DNA of 64,000 bases from an uncultured Gemmatimonadales bacterium (GCA_963739455.1 CAVUAK010000002.1:416001-480000); one strand, 5' to 3'; shown: positions 21,637-32,123, counted from the first letter of the stretch. The notes: generated from the sequence alone by a model not told the origin. Numbers and translations are program-made.

Positions 21637-24324
21637 TCACTGCTCGAACGTCGTCTGCTGGTAGTCATAGCGCAGCTCGGGCAGATCCGTCAGGAACACC
21701 GAGAAGAAGAACGCGAAGTTGCCGTTGGCATTCCGGACGAACCGGAATGACGCCCGCCATTCGTGAAGCTCGCGCGCCAGCGACACCGTCTGCGACTCGA
21801 AGCGCCCCTGGCTGAAGTTGTACTGCGCCTGCCACGACACAGCCCAGAACTGCGTGGGCGTGAATTGCAGCGAGTAGTTCAGGGAGACCTGGTCCTGCGG
21901 CGTGACGAGCGGCGCAGGCAGCGGCCGGAATCGCTGTACCGTGACGGCGAAATTCGAGGTGAAGCCACGCTGCCCCCCCGCCCCCGTGTTGCTGTAGCTC
22001 GACGCCGGCCGGATCGGCCGGCTCCCCTGGTTCTGCAGGTAGTTGTCCCGGTTCGGGTCGTTCAGGGTGCTCTGCAGTGCGCCCTGCGGCTGCCCACCTA
22101 CTCCCTTCATGGAACCGCCGAACAGTGAGCGCAGTGTCGCGCTCGAGATGCCGAAGGTCGCATTCAGGTTGCTGAGGAAGGGCGAGAACTGCGAGGTATC
22201 CACGCCGGCCAGGCCACGCCACAGGTCGATCCCGAACCCCAGCGTGAACCCCGGCAGCAGGTCGCTGAGCACCGAGTTCGTGATCTGCTGCGTGACCCAG
22301 CCGCTGCCGCCGGGCTCTCCCGCCCGCTGGAAGTTGTAGCTGAATGGGCTCGTCTGGATGCTCAACAGGCGAAACCGCCTCGTCTGGGTGCCGAGGGTAT
22401 CGTCCGGCGCGGGCTTGACCTTCACCTCGAAATTCTGGTTGAGTGCGAGGGTGAGGAGGTTCTCCGGCTGGCTGCGGAGCAGTTGTTCCTGGCCGGGCAG
22501 GGCGATCGCCGCGGCATACGCCGCCGGCACGGTCGCCGCCGGCGCAAACGACCATGTCAACAGCGGATTGATGCTGTGCCGCATGCGGCTCAGCCCGGGG
22601 ATGAAGCCGACGTTGAAGAAGGCGAAGAATGTCGGCGTCATCGACAGGCTGAACCGGGCGCGCTTTCCCTGCACCACCCAATCGCCGTCCGTGTTCCGGT
22701 TGCGGATGGCGAAGGGCCCCGACGTCACGTTCTGCACGCCGATGCTCGGCTGGATTTTCCAGGTGCCGTGCAACAGGAATGGCAGGTTGATGCCGGTGTC
22801 CCAGTCGAGCGAGCCCTGAAAGCGGTTGGCAAAATACCTGACCGTCGTGTCCGCCGGGTTGTCCGGGTCGGGCCCGAATGTGGAGTCCCGTCCACTGACA
22901 TTGGCGTCGGAGTAGCTCACCGAGTTCTGCCAGTTGAAGCTGCCGAAACGAAACGGCGTGGAAAGCCGGGCCGAGGTGGTGCGCGAATCGACCGTGAGTT
23001 GCACCGAGTCGATGGCGCCGCTCGGGGTCACGAACCTGAGGAACCCCCGAGGCTGGTCGAACGTCTGGTCCTGGCTGAAGGCAAACGCCGGCGACCAGGT
23101 CGAGTTGGAACCAAGGGCAATCGGCCTGGGCGTCACGTCGAGCGAAGGCAGTGTCTGCGTGACGCTCCCATTCGTGATGTCCTGCCGGCGGTTGCCGCCG
23201 ATGTTGACGGCGCCCCAGCGGTACTGCTTGGTGAAGCGCAACTGGCTGCTGATCTGCTGCGTGTTGATGAGTGGGTCGATGGCGTTGTTGTTGATGACCT
23301 GGGTATTGGTCGCATAGCCGATCGACAGGGCGATATTCGTCGTCAGGCTGAACTTCTGCGCATGGTCCCAGCGCAGCTGGAGGCTCGAGCCCCCGTCCGT
23401 CTCCCACTGCTTGTTGATGGCGAAGGTGCCACTGAGGAACCGGTTGAGCCAGCGGTAATCGGTCTGGAAGCCGAGGGCCACGTAGCGTCCCGAGAACCAG
23501 TTGATCCGCCCGGTTATGTCCATGTAGTCGTTGGTGGCCCAGTAGTAGCCCAGGTTCGTGATCTGCCGGGAATAGCTGGGGGACGGGCGGATGATGTCGG
23601 AGAATCCGAAGGCCGGGATGAGCAGTCCCGAATGCCGCCCGGGCCGCAGGTCCTGGAAGATGAACGGGAGCCAGAGGACCGGAACGTCCTGGATGTAGAG
23701 CACGACCGGCCGTGCCACCAGCACGGTGTTCGACACCCACTTGATCTCGCGCGCGCTGAAGTGGTAATGCGGAATCGGGAGGTCACAACTGGTGATGTCG
23801 CCGTGGCCGGCGAAGATACGGTTGTTGACCGAGTCCTTGGCCACATCACCGCGGAGGAACCAGGTGGTGCTGCCTTGCTGGAAGTTGGTGAGGGCGTCCT
23901 TGAAGACGCCGCGCTTTTCGCAGGTGTTGTACGCCATCTCCTCGCCCACCAGGACCTGGCCCTCGTTGAACACCCTCGGGTCACCGGTCGCCTCCAGCGA
24001 GCACTGCCGCTCCTCGTAGGTGATGTCCTCCGCCTCCATCGTCGTCCCCTCCCGCTCCGTCATCGCGTGACCGTTGAGCATGAGCTGACGCTGCTCCGCC
24101 AGGATGGCGGCGGAGTCGGCGCGGTACTTGGTGACGGTGTAGCCGGGGCGCTCGAGCAGGGACCGGTAAGCGGAATCCTCCGGCGCGAAGGATTGTGATG
24201 GAGCGGTGGGAAGGCCGAGCCGGCGGGCCTGCGCTGTGTCGAGCGCCTGGCCCGGCGCGCGGGCCGGGGGAGCGCGGGTCGTGTCCTGCCCCGCCACGCG
24301 TGCCGGCGGGACCGGGATACCCTG
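21637..24324 (-). other. lptD: LPS-assembly protein LptD moiety of the fused ORF
   Basis: OstA-like N-domain, ITSCDLPIPHYHF, PVLWLPF, RHSGLLIP, NLGYYWATNDYMD, long beta-barrel, RELHEWRASF. Confidence 0.85.
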
Positions 24325-25134
24325 CCCCGCAGCCGGCGTCGCGAGTCCGCCCATCAGCAACGCAAGCAGGATCATCGGCAGCATGGCCGCCCGCTCGCTC
24401 CGGAGCCGGCGGCGCGCAATCAGGGCGGCGCCGGCCACCCCGATCTCGTACAGCAGGAGGAGCGGCGCCGTCATCATCAGCATCGAGAACACATCGGCGC
24501 CCGGCGACAGCACCGCACCGGCGATAAACGAGAGCACCACCGCGTAGCGCCGGAAGCGATGGAGGTCGGCAGGGGTGACGACACCGAGCGCCGCCAGGAT
24601 GATGATCACGAGCGGCAGCTCGAACGAGACGCCCAGCGCGAGGATGATCTGGAGCGCGAAGCCGAACCAGGCGTCGAACGTGATCATCGGCAGCAGGGAG
24701 TCGGCCTGGAAGCTGAAGAACACCTTCAGCGCCTGCGGCACCACGAAGACGTATCCGAGCGTCGCACCGACCAGGAACAGCCCGAGACCCGCCACGAGCG
24801 CCGGCAGGATGACCTTGCGCTCGCGATCGTAGAGTGCCGGCGAGAGGAATGCCCACGCCTGGTAAATGAGCACCGGCGACGCGAGCAGGAGCCCGACGAC
24901 GAACCCGAGCTTGAAGACGATCATGAGCGGCTCGGTTGGGCTCGTGAACACGAGCTTGCCACTCGGCAGGAAGGGCTCGATCGGGGCCTTGAGCAGCTGC
25001 ACCAGGTTCAGCCGGTCCACCAGCCAGAGCCCGACGCCGAACCCGACCACGACAGCCCCGAGGGCCCGCAGCAATCGCGTGCGGAGCTCCTCGAGGTGGT
25101 CGAGGAAGGGCATTTCGCCGCCGGGTGCCGTCAT
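21637..25134 (-). CDS. tatC: TatC-LptD single ORF (1165 aa): TatC aa 1-~240, signal-peptide-like linker, LptD
   Basis: EMPFLDHLEELRTRL, YQAWAFLSPALY, SFELP, SPGADVFSM..LYEI, then with no stop an LptD-type region. Confidence 0.85.
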   Translation of the reverse strand: MTAPGGEMPFLDHLEELRTRLLRALGAVVVGFGVGLWLVDRLNLVQLLKAPIEPFLPSGKLVFTSPTEPLMIVFKLGFVVGLLLASPVLIYQAWAFLSPALYDRERKVILPALVAGLGLFLVGATLGYVFVVPQALKVFFSFQADSLLPMITFDAWFGFALQIILALGVSFELPLVIIILAALGVVTPADLHRFRRYAVVLSFIAGAVLSPGADVFSMLMMTAPLLLLYEIGVAGAALIARRRLRSERAAMLPMILLALLMGGLATPAAGQGIPVPPARVAGQDTTRAPPARAPGQALDTAQARRLGLPTAPSQSFAPEDSAYRSLLERPGYTVTKYRADSAAILAEQRQLMLNGHAMTEREGTTMEAEDITYEERQCSLEATGDPRVFNEGQVLVGEEMAYNTCEKRGVFKDALTNFQQGSTTWFLRGDVAKDSVNNRIFAGHGDITSCDLPIPHYHFSAREIKWVSNTVLVARPVVLYIQDVPVLWLPFIFQDLRPGRHSGLLIPAFGFSDIIRPSPSYSRQITNLGYYWATNDYMDITGRINWFSGRYVALGFQTDYRWLNRFLSGTFAINKQWETDGGSSLQLRWDHAQKFSLTTNIALSIGYATNTQVINNNAIDPLINTQQISSQLRFTKQYRWGAVNIGGNRRQDITNGSVTQTLPSLDVTPRPIALGSNSTWSPAFAFSQDQTFDQPRGFLRFVTPSGAIDSVQLTVDSRTTSARLSTPFRFGSFNWQNSVSYSDANVSGRDSTFGPDPDNPADTTVRYFANRFQGSLDWDTGINLPFLLHGTWKIQPSIGVQNVTSGPFAIRNRNTDGDWVVQGKRARFSLSMTPTFFAFFNVGFIPGLSRMRHSINPLLTWSFAPAATVPAAYAAAIALPGQEQLLRSQPENLLTLALNQNFEVKVKPAPDDTLGTQTRRFRLLSIQTSPFSYNFQRAGEPGGSGWVTQQITNSVLSDLLPGFTLGFGIDLWRGLAGVDTSQFSPFLSNLNATFGISSATLRSLFGGSMKGVGGQPQGALQSTLNDPNRDNYLQNQGSRPIRPASSYSNTGAGGQRGFTSNFAVTVQRFRPLPAPLVTPQDQVSLNYSLQFTPTQFWAVSWQAQYNFSQGRFESQTVSLARELHEWRASFRFVRNANGNFAFFFSVFLTDLPELRYDYQQTTFEQ

Positions 25135-25150
25135 GCTGGTCCGGCCAGGC

Positions 25151-25936
25151 TCAGCGCCCGATGGCCTTCAACCGGTCGCGGGCAAGGGCCGCCTCGTCCG
25201 ACTTGGGATAACTCTTCAGGAGCTGGTTGTACGCGTCACGCGCCTCGGCCTTGTCACCATGACGCTCCGCCAGCAGGCCCAGTCCGTACAGCGCCGCGGG
25301 TGCCCGCGAGGACGTGGGATACTCCTTCACCACCTTGCGGTAGTACGCGGCCGCGGAATCGGGATTCTCCGACGAGAAACTCTGCCCCACGAAGTAGAGC
25401 GCATCGGGAACGAGTTCGCTCTTCGGATAGGCCTGCAGCATTTCGCGGAGGCCGGCCCGGCCGGTCGCCGCGCTGCCCCGACGCAGCTGGGACAGCGACG
25501 CATCGTACATCTGCTGCGCCGAGGCGGAAGCGGCCGGTACCGCGCCAGCCGAATCGGCCGGGGCGCCAGGCCCGGCCGGCATGGGACCGCCACCAACCGA
25601 CTCACCGCGCGCCTCCAGCTGCGAGCGCAATTCGGTGAGGCGACGCTGGCTTTGCCCCGTCAGCTCCTGCAGCTGCAGCAACTGCTGCTGCACCGCCAGC
25701 ATGTCGTTCGCCGTGCTCCCCTTCATTTCGTTGAGCGAACGCCGCGTGGCCGCCAGGGAGTCCATCATCTGCTGCTGCAGTACCAGGATCTGGCGCAGCT
25801 GTGCCGCGCTCGCCGAGTCGGCGCGCCGGCTATCGGCGCGCAGTACGTTGACCTGGGTCTCTACCTGCTGCACCTGCGCCGGCGTCGCACACGCAGCGAC
25901 ACCGGCGAGGCACGCAGCAGCGATGGCTCGTCTCAC
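25151..25936 (-). CDS. cpoB: Tol-Pal protein CpoB/YbgF
   Basis: Lipobox VAAC, coiled coil, TPRs with YPKS/YPTS, directly downstream of pal. Confidence 0.85.
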   Translation of the reverse strand: MRRAIAAACLAGVAACATPAQVQQVETQVNVLRADSRRADSASAAQLRQILVLQQQMMDSLAATRRSLNEMKGSTANDMLAVQQQLLQLQELTGQSQRRLTELRSQLEARGESVGGGPMPAGPGAPADSAGAVPAASASAQQMYDASLSQLRRGSAATGRAGLREMLQAYPKSELVPDALYFVGQSFSSENPDSAAAYYRKVVKEYPTSSRAPAALYGLGLLAERHGDKAEARDAYNQLLKSYPKSDEAALARDRLKAIGR

Positions 25937-26506
25937 TGGGGCGAGACGAGGTTCGCCCCGCCGGCCGTGACCGTGAACTGGTCATTCCGGTTCTGGGCCC
26001 ACGCCGCCTCGGACTGGCCCGTGGCGATCGGACGCTCCGACCCATAGGAGACGGTCTCGATGCGGCTGCCATCGATGCCCTTGCCCACCAGGTACTGCTT
26101 CGCCGCCAGCGCACGACGGTTGCCAAGGGCGAGGTTGTACTCGGCGGAGCCGCGCTCATCGGCGTTGCCGGCCACCTGGATCTTGACGCGCCGGGTTGGC
26201 CGCGAGAATCGCCGCCTTGCGGTCGAGGTTCGCCTTGTCGCCCGGCTGGATGTCCGACTTGTCGTAGTCGAAGTGGATCAGCGCCGTCAGGTCAGCGTTC
26301 AGGGCCCGCGTACGCTCGGCCGCTGCGCGTGCCGCCGCTGCTGCCGCATCGTCGGTCGGCGCCGGAGCCGGCGCCGGGGCGACGGGAGCCGGGGCCGGTG
26401 CCGCGGCCGGCTTCGTTTCCGGCGCCGGTGCCTCGGGTGGCTTCTTGCCACCACAGGCGGCGACGAAAGCGAAAGCACAGACCGCAAGCAGCGAGGAACG
26501 TGTCAT
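25933..26506 (-). CDS. pal: Peptidoglycan-associated lipoprotein, frameshift near 26190
   Basis: Lipobox VAAC, IHFDYDKS; second frame GNADERGSAEYNLALGNRRA, VSYGSERP, NRND. Confidence 0.92.
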
Positions 26507-26533
26507 GAGACTTCTCCTGTTGTAAGTGAACTG

Positions 26534-27820
26534 CTACGGGAGCCGGCGCGACCACGCGGGGAGCCGGGATGCCCCGCCCGTCGTGATCGCACGCACGCGC
26601 CCGGTTTCGATATCGATGACCCACACCTGCCGTTGTCCGGTGCGATCCGAGACAAACGCGATGTGCTTGCCGTCGGGTGCCCAGGTCGGGTCCTCGTTCC
26701 GGCCCGACGACGACAGCTGCTTGAGCCGGCGTCCCGCAATGTCGAGCACGAAGATCTGCGGCCCGCCTGACACTTCGCGATGGAACGCGAGCGACACCCC
26801 ATCCGGGGACCATTCCGGCGCATTGGAACTGCCGGTGACGCCGAAGTCGAACGGCACGAGCAATTCGGCGTTGGTGCCGTTCGCCTCCATGACATAGATC
26901 TGCGGCGGGCCGGCACGCGTCGAGACGAACGCGATGCGCTGGCCGTCGGGCGCATAGGTCGGTGAAAGGTTGTCCGCGAAGCGACCCGTGGTCAACCGCT
27001 GGACACAGCACATGTCTGAAACGTTGGCAACCTGGATGTTGGTGCCCTGCTCACCAGCCTGCGCGTAGGCGAGGAACTGGCCGTTGGGCGAGAACATCGG
27101 CGTGATGTTGAGCGCCGATTCCGTGCCCGGTACCACCTGCGGTGCCCCGCCCGAGAGACGCTGGATCAGGATCGGACCCTTGCCCTCGCCGAGCCGTGTA
27201 TAGGCGATGCGATCGGCCGTCGGCGACCAGGCGGGCGACAGCGCCGTCTCGCCGGCCGGCGTAAGGGCGGTGATGGCGGCCCCGTCGAAATCCATGTACA
27301 TGATCCGGCCGCCACTCACGTACGCGATTCGCGTCGCGGCAACGCCGGGCGTGCCGGTCACCCAGCGCACGACCTCGTCACTGGCCCGGTGCACCTGCAT
27401 GCGGAGCGCCGGATCGGAGGCGTCGGCGAAGCGGGTCTCCATGGTATTGAGCACCTTGCCGCCGGCGACGTCGTGCAGCCGTATCGTGGTCTGGGTGCCC
27501 GCCTGCGACAGCTCGAGGGCGAAGGCAGCACCGAAATTCTTGTAGAGCGCGTAGTTGAGCGGGCCCGATGGGCCCGCGGGTGCAGTCGCGCCGTCCGGCT
27601 GGATGATGGTCTCGAAGCGGTCGCTGAAATCGAGGTCGCGCTTCAGGATCGCGCGCACGGAATCGAGGCCCGCACCGGGAACGATGACCAGCGATGGCCT
27701 GTTACCCGGGTCGTAGCGCAGCGTCAGCCGCACTCCGCCCGCCTGCGGCACCGAGTCCTGCGCAGCAGCCGGCACGGCAACACCGGCCATCGCCGCGAGG
27801 AGTACCAGCGCGCGGCGCAT
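26534..27820 (-). CDS. tolB: TolB
   Basis: Signal peptide, DLDFSDRF, TRIAYV, PD40 repeats (PAWSP, PEWSPDG, PTWAPDG). Confidence 0.9.
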   Translation of the reverse strand: MRRALVLLAAMAGVAVPAAAQDSVPQAGGVRLTLRYDPGNRPSLVIVPGAGLDSVRAILKRDLDFSDRFETIIQPDGATAPAGPSGPLNYALYKNFGAAFALELSQAGTQTTIRLHDVAGGKVLNTMETRFADASDPALRMQVHRASDEVVRWVTGTPGVAATRIAYVSGGRIMYMDFDGAAITALTPAGETALSPAWSPTADRIAYTRLGEGKGPILIQRLSGGAPQVVPGTESALNITPMFSPNGQFLAYAQAGEQGTNIQVANVSDMCCVQRLTTGRFADNLSPTYAPDGQRIAFVSTRAGPPQIYVMEANGTNAELLVPFDFGVTGSSNAPEWSPDGVSLAFHREVSGGPQIFVLDIAGRRLKQLSSSGRNEDPTWAPDGKHIAFVSDRTGQRQVWVIDIETGRVRAITTGGASRLPAWSRRLP

Positions 27821-28545
27821 CACTGGCGCGGCTCGAAGACGAATGTCACGGGGAGGACGTTGGCATCCCACCCGTCAGGCAGCGGGCCGAATGCCTTCCC
27901 GTTCCCTGCCGCCTCGATCGCACCCTGCGCCTCGAGGTCGAAACTGAAGTTGCCTGAACGCTTGAGGAATCGAATGTCAGCCACCGAACCGTCCTTGAGG
28001 ATCAGGAACGCGACCTCGGCGCGAAGCCGGTTGTTGGGCGCGTTCCATCGCCGGAGCACTTCGTTCATGATGTTCCGGAGATACTCCGGATAGGGAAACT
28101 CGATCCCGGGAATCTTGATGTTCGCGACGTCAGTGCCGGTGCCAGGCGTCTCGCCGGGCAACGGCTGCGCCTCACTCTTCGTGACCGGCGTCTTCTCCAC
28201 CGGCTTCTCCGACGCCTGCACCGGCTTTGTGGGCGTCGGCGCCGGTTCCGCCTTGGCCTTCGGCTTCACCGCTTCAGCCTTCGTCGGCTTCGCGGGCGCC
28301 GGGGCCGGCGCCTCAGCCGGCGGCGCAGGTTCGGGCGGTCGGGTGACGGCCTCTGGAGCGGCACGACGTGCCGTCGTCGGCAGCGGTGCCGCCACCAGCT
28401 CGACGGCATACACCGGCGGGCCGATGACCGGCTTCGGGATCACGACAAAGAAGAGCAGGACGGCCGCCACGTGAACGACCAGCGACCCGGTCATGCCGAC
28501 CGTGGCCGAGGGTCCGTCAACGGCGTACGCGCCCCTGCCCTTCAC
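27820..28545 (-). CDS. TolA/TonB-family energy transducer
   Basis: TM anchor with SxxxH (SLVVH), Pro/Lys-rich linker, C-domain SGNFSFDLEA..PLP. Confidence 0.85.
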   Translation of the reverse strand: MKGRGAYAVDGPSATVGMTGSLVVHVAAVLLFFVVIPKPVIGPPVYAVELVAAPLPTTARRAAPEAVTRPPEPAPPAEAPAPAPAKPTKAEAVKPKAKAEPAPTPTKPVQASEKPVEKTPVTKSEAQPLPGETPGTGTDVANIKIPGIEFPYPEYLRNIMNEVLRRWNAPNNRLRAEVAFLILKDGSVADIRFLKRSGNFSFDLEAQGAIEAAGNGKAFGPLPDGWDANVLPVTFVFEPRQ

Positions 28546-28964
28546 TTCGATTCCTCATCCTCGGCCACGAGGCCCAGGTTGCGCACGCCGGAGTTCCGGA
28601 TGATGGCCACAACGCGCACGACGTCGCCGTATGAGGCCCGGTTGTCGGCGCGGAGATAGACGGCTTCGGGCTTCCGCGTCGCCACGATGGAGCGGAAGGT
28701 TGCCCGGAAGTCGCGGTAGCTCACCGGCGTCTCATCGAGGAAGATCTTTCCCGTCCGGTCGAGCGACACCACGATGCCCTGCTTGGCGTTCATCGGCTTC
28801 GCAGCGGCCTTTGGCAGGTCCACATCGACGCCGCCCTGCATGATCGGCGCGGCGATCATGAAGATGATCAGCAGCACGAAGGCAACGTCCACCAGCGACG
28901 TGACGTTGACCTCGGCATTCAGGGCCAGGTCGTCGTCGCCGCGGAACCCGCTCAGCGCCCCCAC
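28542..28964 (-). CDS. tolR: TolR/ExbD
   Basis: NVTSLVDVAFVLLIIFMI, VDLPKA, LRAD. Confidence 0.88.
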   Translation of the reverse strand: MGALSGFRGDDDLALNAEVNVTSLVDVAFVLLIIFMIAAPIMQGGVDVDLPKAAAKPMNAKQGIVVSLDRTGKIFLDETPVSYRDFRATFRSIVATRKPEAVYLRADNRASYGDVVRVVAIIRNSGVRNLGLVAEDEESK

Positions 28965-28965
28965 G

Positions 28966-29673
28966 TCAGACCATCCCCTCGCGTGCCATGGTGCCGATCA
29001 ACTCGGCGGCAAATCCCTCGAGCTCACCCGCCAGCATGCGAACCTTGTTGACGTAGAGGTTGTACGCGATGACGGCAGGGATGGCCGCGGCCAGTCCCGC
29101 GACGGTGGCAATGAGCGCCTCGGCCACACCGGGCGCCACTGCGCTGATGTTGCCGGACCCCTTCGACGAGATGCCGATGAAGGCATCCATGACGCCGAGC
29201 ACCGTGCCCATCAGCCCCATGAGCGGCCCCACCGCACCCACCGTGGCGAGCCACGGGATGTAGCGACTGAGCATGTCCTTCTCGGCCGAGACTTCCTTCA
29301 TGAGGACCAGCTTGAGCGACTCGAGCTGCGTGGACGTCAGCGGCGTGCGCGCCACTTCCTCCTTGAGTGCACCCGGCCGCAGTTCGCTGTAGAAGTTGAT
29401 CGCCTCGCGGAACAGCCGGTTGTACGGCGACGGCGGCTGCTTCATGGCGGCGTGATAGCCTTCCTGCAGGCGCGTGGTGCGCTCCAGTTCGGCGAAGAAC
29501 TTTCCGCCCTGACGGTGCAGGCGGCGGAATTGCCACCACTTGAGCACGATGATGAACCAGGCGATCAGCGAGAAGACCAGCAGGATGGCGAGCACCACCT
29601 TGGTCTCGACACTCGAGATGAGCAGGAGCTCGAGCGGAGTGGTTGGCAGGGCGCCGCCGACCTGGAGCATCAT
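28966..29673 (-). CDS. tolQ: TolQ/ExbB
   Basis: LATVGAVGPLMGLMGTVLG, APGVAEALIATVAGL..AIPAVIAYN. Confidence 0.9.
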   Translation of the reverse strand: MMLQVGGALPTTPLELLLISSVETKVVLAILLVFSLIAWFIIVLKWWQFRRLHRQGGKFFAELERTTRLQEGYHAAMKQPPSPYNRLFREAINFYSELRPGALKEEVARTPLTSTQLESLKLVLMKEVSAEKDMLSRYIPWLATVGAVGPLMGLMGTVLGVMDAFIGISSKGSGNISAVAPGVAEALIATVAGLAAAIPAVIAYNLYVNKVRMLAGELEGFAAELIGTMAREGMV

Positions 29674-30620
29674 GCGTTCTCCTTCTTGAACCAGTCGATG
29701 AGCTGGGGCAATCCATTCTCAAAACTGTATTCCGGGGTCCAGCCGAGCTGCGACCCCGCCTTCCGCACGTCCAGCGCGCTCCGCTGCAACTCACCCGGGC
29801 GCGTGGGCGCAAACTCCAGCACGGGGGTCACCCCCATGACCTTCCCGACCGTCGCCGCCAGTTCAAGCACTGAGGTTTCCCGCGAGGTGGCGATGTTGAA
29901 GGCCCGCGCTTCATGCACACCAGCGGGCGGGAGGGGATTCGTACCGGCGAGCAGGTTGGCCCGGGCGACATCGCGGACGAACACGTAGTCGCGCGTCTGG
30001 GTACCGTCGCCGAAGATCGTCAGCGGACGCTTCTCGAGCAGGCGCGACACGAAGATCGAGACGACGCCCGCTTCCGACTTGGGATCCTGCCGCGGACCGA
30101 AGACGTTGGAGTAGCGCATCGCGACGGCATCGAATCCGTTGAGTGCGCCGAGCATGCGGACGTAGTGCTCGCCCGCAAGCTTGCTCGCGCCATAGGGAGA
30201 GATGGGACAGTTGGGCGCGGTCTCCGGCGTAGGGATCTCGAGTGGATCGCCGTACACGGTACCACCGCTCGAGGCGAACACTACCCGGCCGACTCCGCCT
30301 GCTCCCGCACCCTCGAGGAGGTTCACGAAGCCGACGACGTTGATGGATGCATCGAAAGCGGGCTGGTCGACCGACACACGAACATCGATTTGCGCAGCAT
30401 GATGGCAGAGCACGTTGAACCGGCCCTCGGCCAGCAGCTTCCGGGCTTCGGGCGAGCGAATGTCAGCCTGAACCAGCGTCGCCCTGGCCGGCACGTTGTG
30501 CGCGTGACCGCGGGAGAGGTCATCCAGTACGACCACCTCCCAGCCCGCCCCGAGATAAGCCTCGGCGATATGGGATCCGATGAATCCCGCTCCCCCTGTC
30601 ACCAGCACCCGTCCGCCCAT
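29670..30620 (-). CDS. NAD-dependent epimerase (UDP-glucose 4-epimerase-like)
   Basis: VTGGAGFIGSH, AAQIDVRVS, SPYGASK, RYSNVFGPRQ, GDGTQTRDY. Confidence 0.9.
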   Translation of the reverse strand: MGGRVLVTGGAGFIGSHIAEAYLGAGWEVVVLDDLSRGHAHNVPARATLVQADIRSPEARKLLAEGRFNVLCHHAAQIDVRVSVDQPAFDASINVVGFVNLLEGAGAGGVGRVVFASSGGTVYGDPLEIPTPETAPNCPISPYGASKLAGEHYVRMLGALNGFDAVAMRYSNVFGPRQDPKSEAGVVSIFVSRLLEKRPLTIFGDGTQTRDYVFVRDVARANLLAGTNPLPPAGVHEARAFNIATSRETSVLELAATVGKVMGVTPVLEFAPTRPGELQRSALDVRKAGSQLGWTPEYSFENGLPQLIDWFKKENA

Positions 30621-30742
30621 TTGAGGATCCTTCCCCGGGTTGAAAGTGCCACGGTCTGCCGCCCTGAACAGGGCGTAAACCATGATCGCCCCGCAATATA
30701 GACGGGCGAGCCGCGAGCGGGAGCGCGCTGGGTGACCATCCT

Positions 30743-30783
30743 CACAAAGACATGAGCGGCGCCCCGGGAAGGGGCGCCGCTCA
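30743..30783 (-). terminator. Intrinsic terminator after the LysM gene
   Basis: 13-bp stem TGAGCGGCGCCCC-GGGAA-GGGGCGCCGCTCA (30753-30783), minus-strand tail TGTCTTTG. Confidence 0.7.
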
Positions 30784-30812
30784 GGCCGAATTCGTGTGTG
30801 CCGCGGGAGGTG

Positions 30813-32034
30813 CTATTGCGGCAGCTTGGCCACCTGAACGGCCGGCGTACCCATCGGGAAGGTCGCGAACTTGACGTTGAGCAGCAGCCCGGTGGCGCTG
30901 TGGTCACGCACGTTGACGATCTGCATGACGGCCATCGTCTCGGTCGTCAGCACGGTGCCGTTGTTGGCGATGCCGCCCGACGCCCGCTGCACTTCCCACA
31001 TGTCGCCCAGGGCGACGCCATCGAGCTTGCCCTTGTCGATGAAGAGGTAGCCCTGCGGCAGCTTGAGGTACTCGACCCGCGGCCAGCCAATGACCCGCGC
31101 CGAGATGCCATCGGTGATGGGCACCGCGCGCGCCTTGGAGCTGCCCGGGAACTTCTCCAGTGGCAGCAGCCACTGGCCCGGGTAGATGCCCCAGAAGATC
31201 TGGGTGATGGTCATGATCGGCCGGCCATCGTCGATGCGCTTCACCACGCCGACGCCGGTGGGGAGCACCATGAAGCCGAAGCCGTTGACCGGAGGCCCCT
31301 TCTCGAGCGTCAGCAGCGTGTCACCGATCTCGTATGAAGCACCCTTGGGAGGTGAGATGGCGAGCTCGGTCGCGAGCTTGGCCACGCCGAAGTTGCTGAT
31401 CGAGGCGATCATCGGTGATGCCGTGCGACCCACGATGCGGCCGTAGGGAAGATCCTGGCCCTCAGTGAGGAAGCCGCCGGAATAGAACTCATCGCGCCGG
31501 ATGGCCCGGTAGTTCTTCTCGGAGTAGGCCTTCACCGTTGCGCGGGCCGCCTGCGACATCTCACCCATCTGGGGGAACAGGGGAGCATTCGGATCGTAGT
31601 CGTCCGAGGTCTCCTCGATGGTTTCCTTGAAGTTCGGGTCCTCGACCGCGTCAACCTTGGCGCCCGGAGCCGCCGGAGCCGCCGGATCCAGCCTGTGCCA
31701 CCGCGGACGGTGGAGGCGGCGTATCCTCGGCCGGCACCGACTTCACGCCGTCGCCGGCAGCCAGGCGCAGGTTCTCGCCCGGGTAGATCCAGTGCGGATC
31801 CTCCACCACGTCGGTGTTGAGGCGGTAGATCTCGGGCCACAAGAGCGGGTCACCGAGATACGACTGTGCGAGCGACCAGAGCGTGTCTCCCGGCCGCACG
31901 GTGTGCGTCTGGGGCGTTGCCGGTGCCTGCGCGAGCAAGGCAGAGGGCAGCGCCAGCAGCACACCGATGGCGACGTGCCAGCGGCGGGGTGACATGCGGT
32001 CAGTCCGCGACGCAACAGGATCGAGGTGCGGCAT
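30813..32034 (-). CDS. Exported LysM protein, TsaP-like, frameshift near 31660
   Basis: Signal peptide, [34 protein letters not shown]; second frame ends [28 protein letters not shown]. Confidence 0.78.
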
Positions 32035-32123
32035 CGGATCTCTCCCAACGGCGTTCGAGAACGGAAATGGGTGTTTGTCGAGGCTGCGAGGCGTAATACG
32101 CCTCAAGTCTCCGCCAACGGAAA

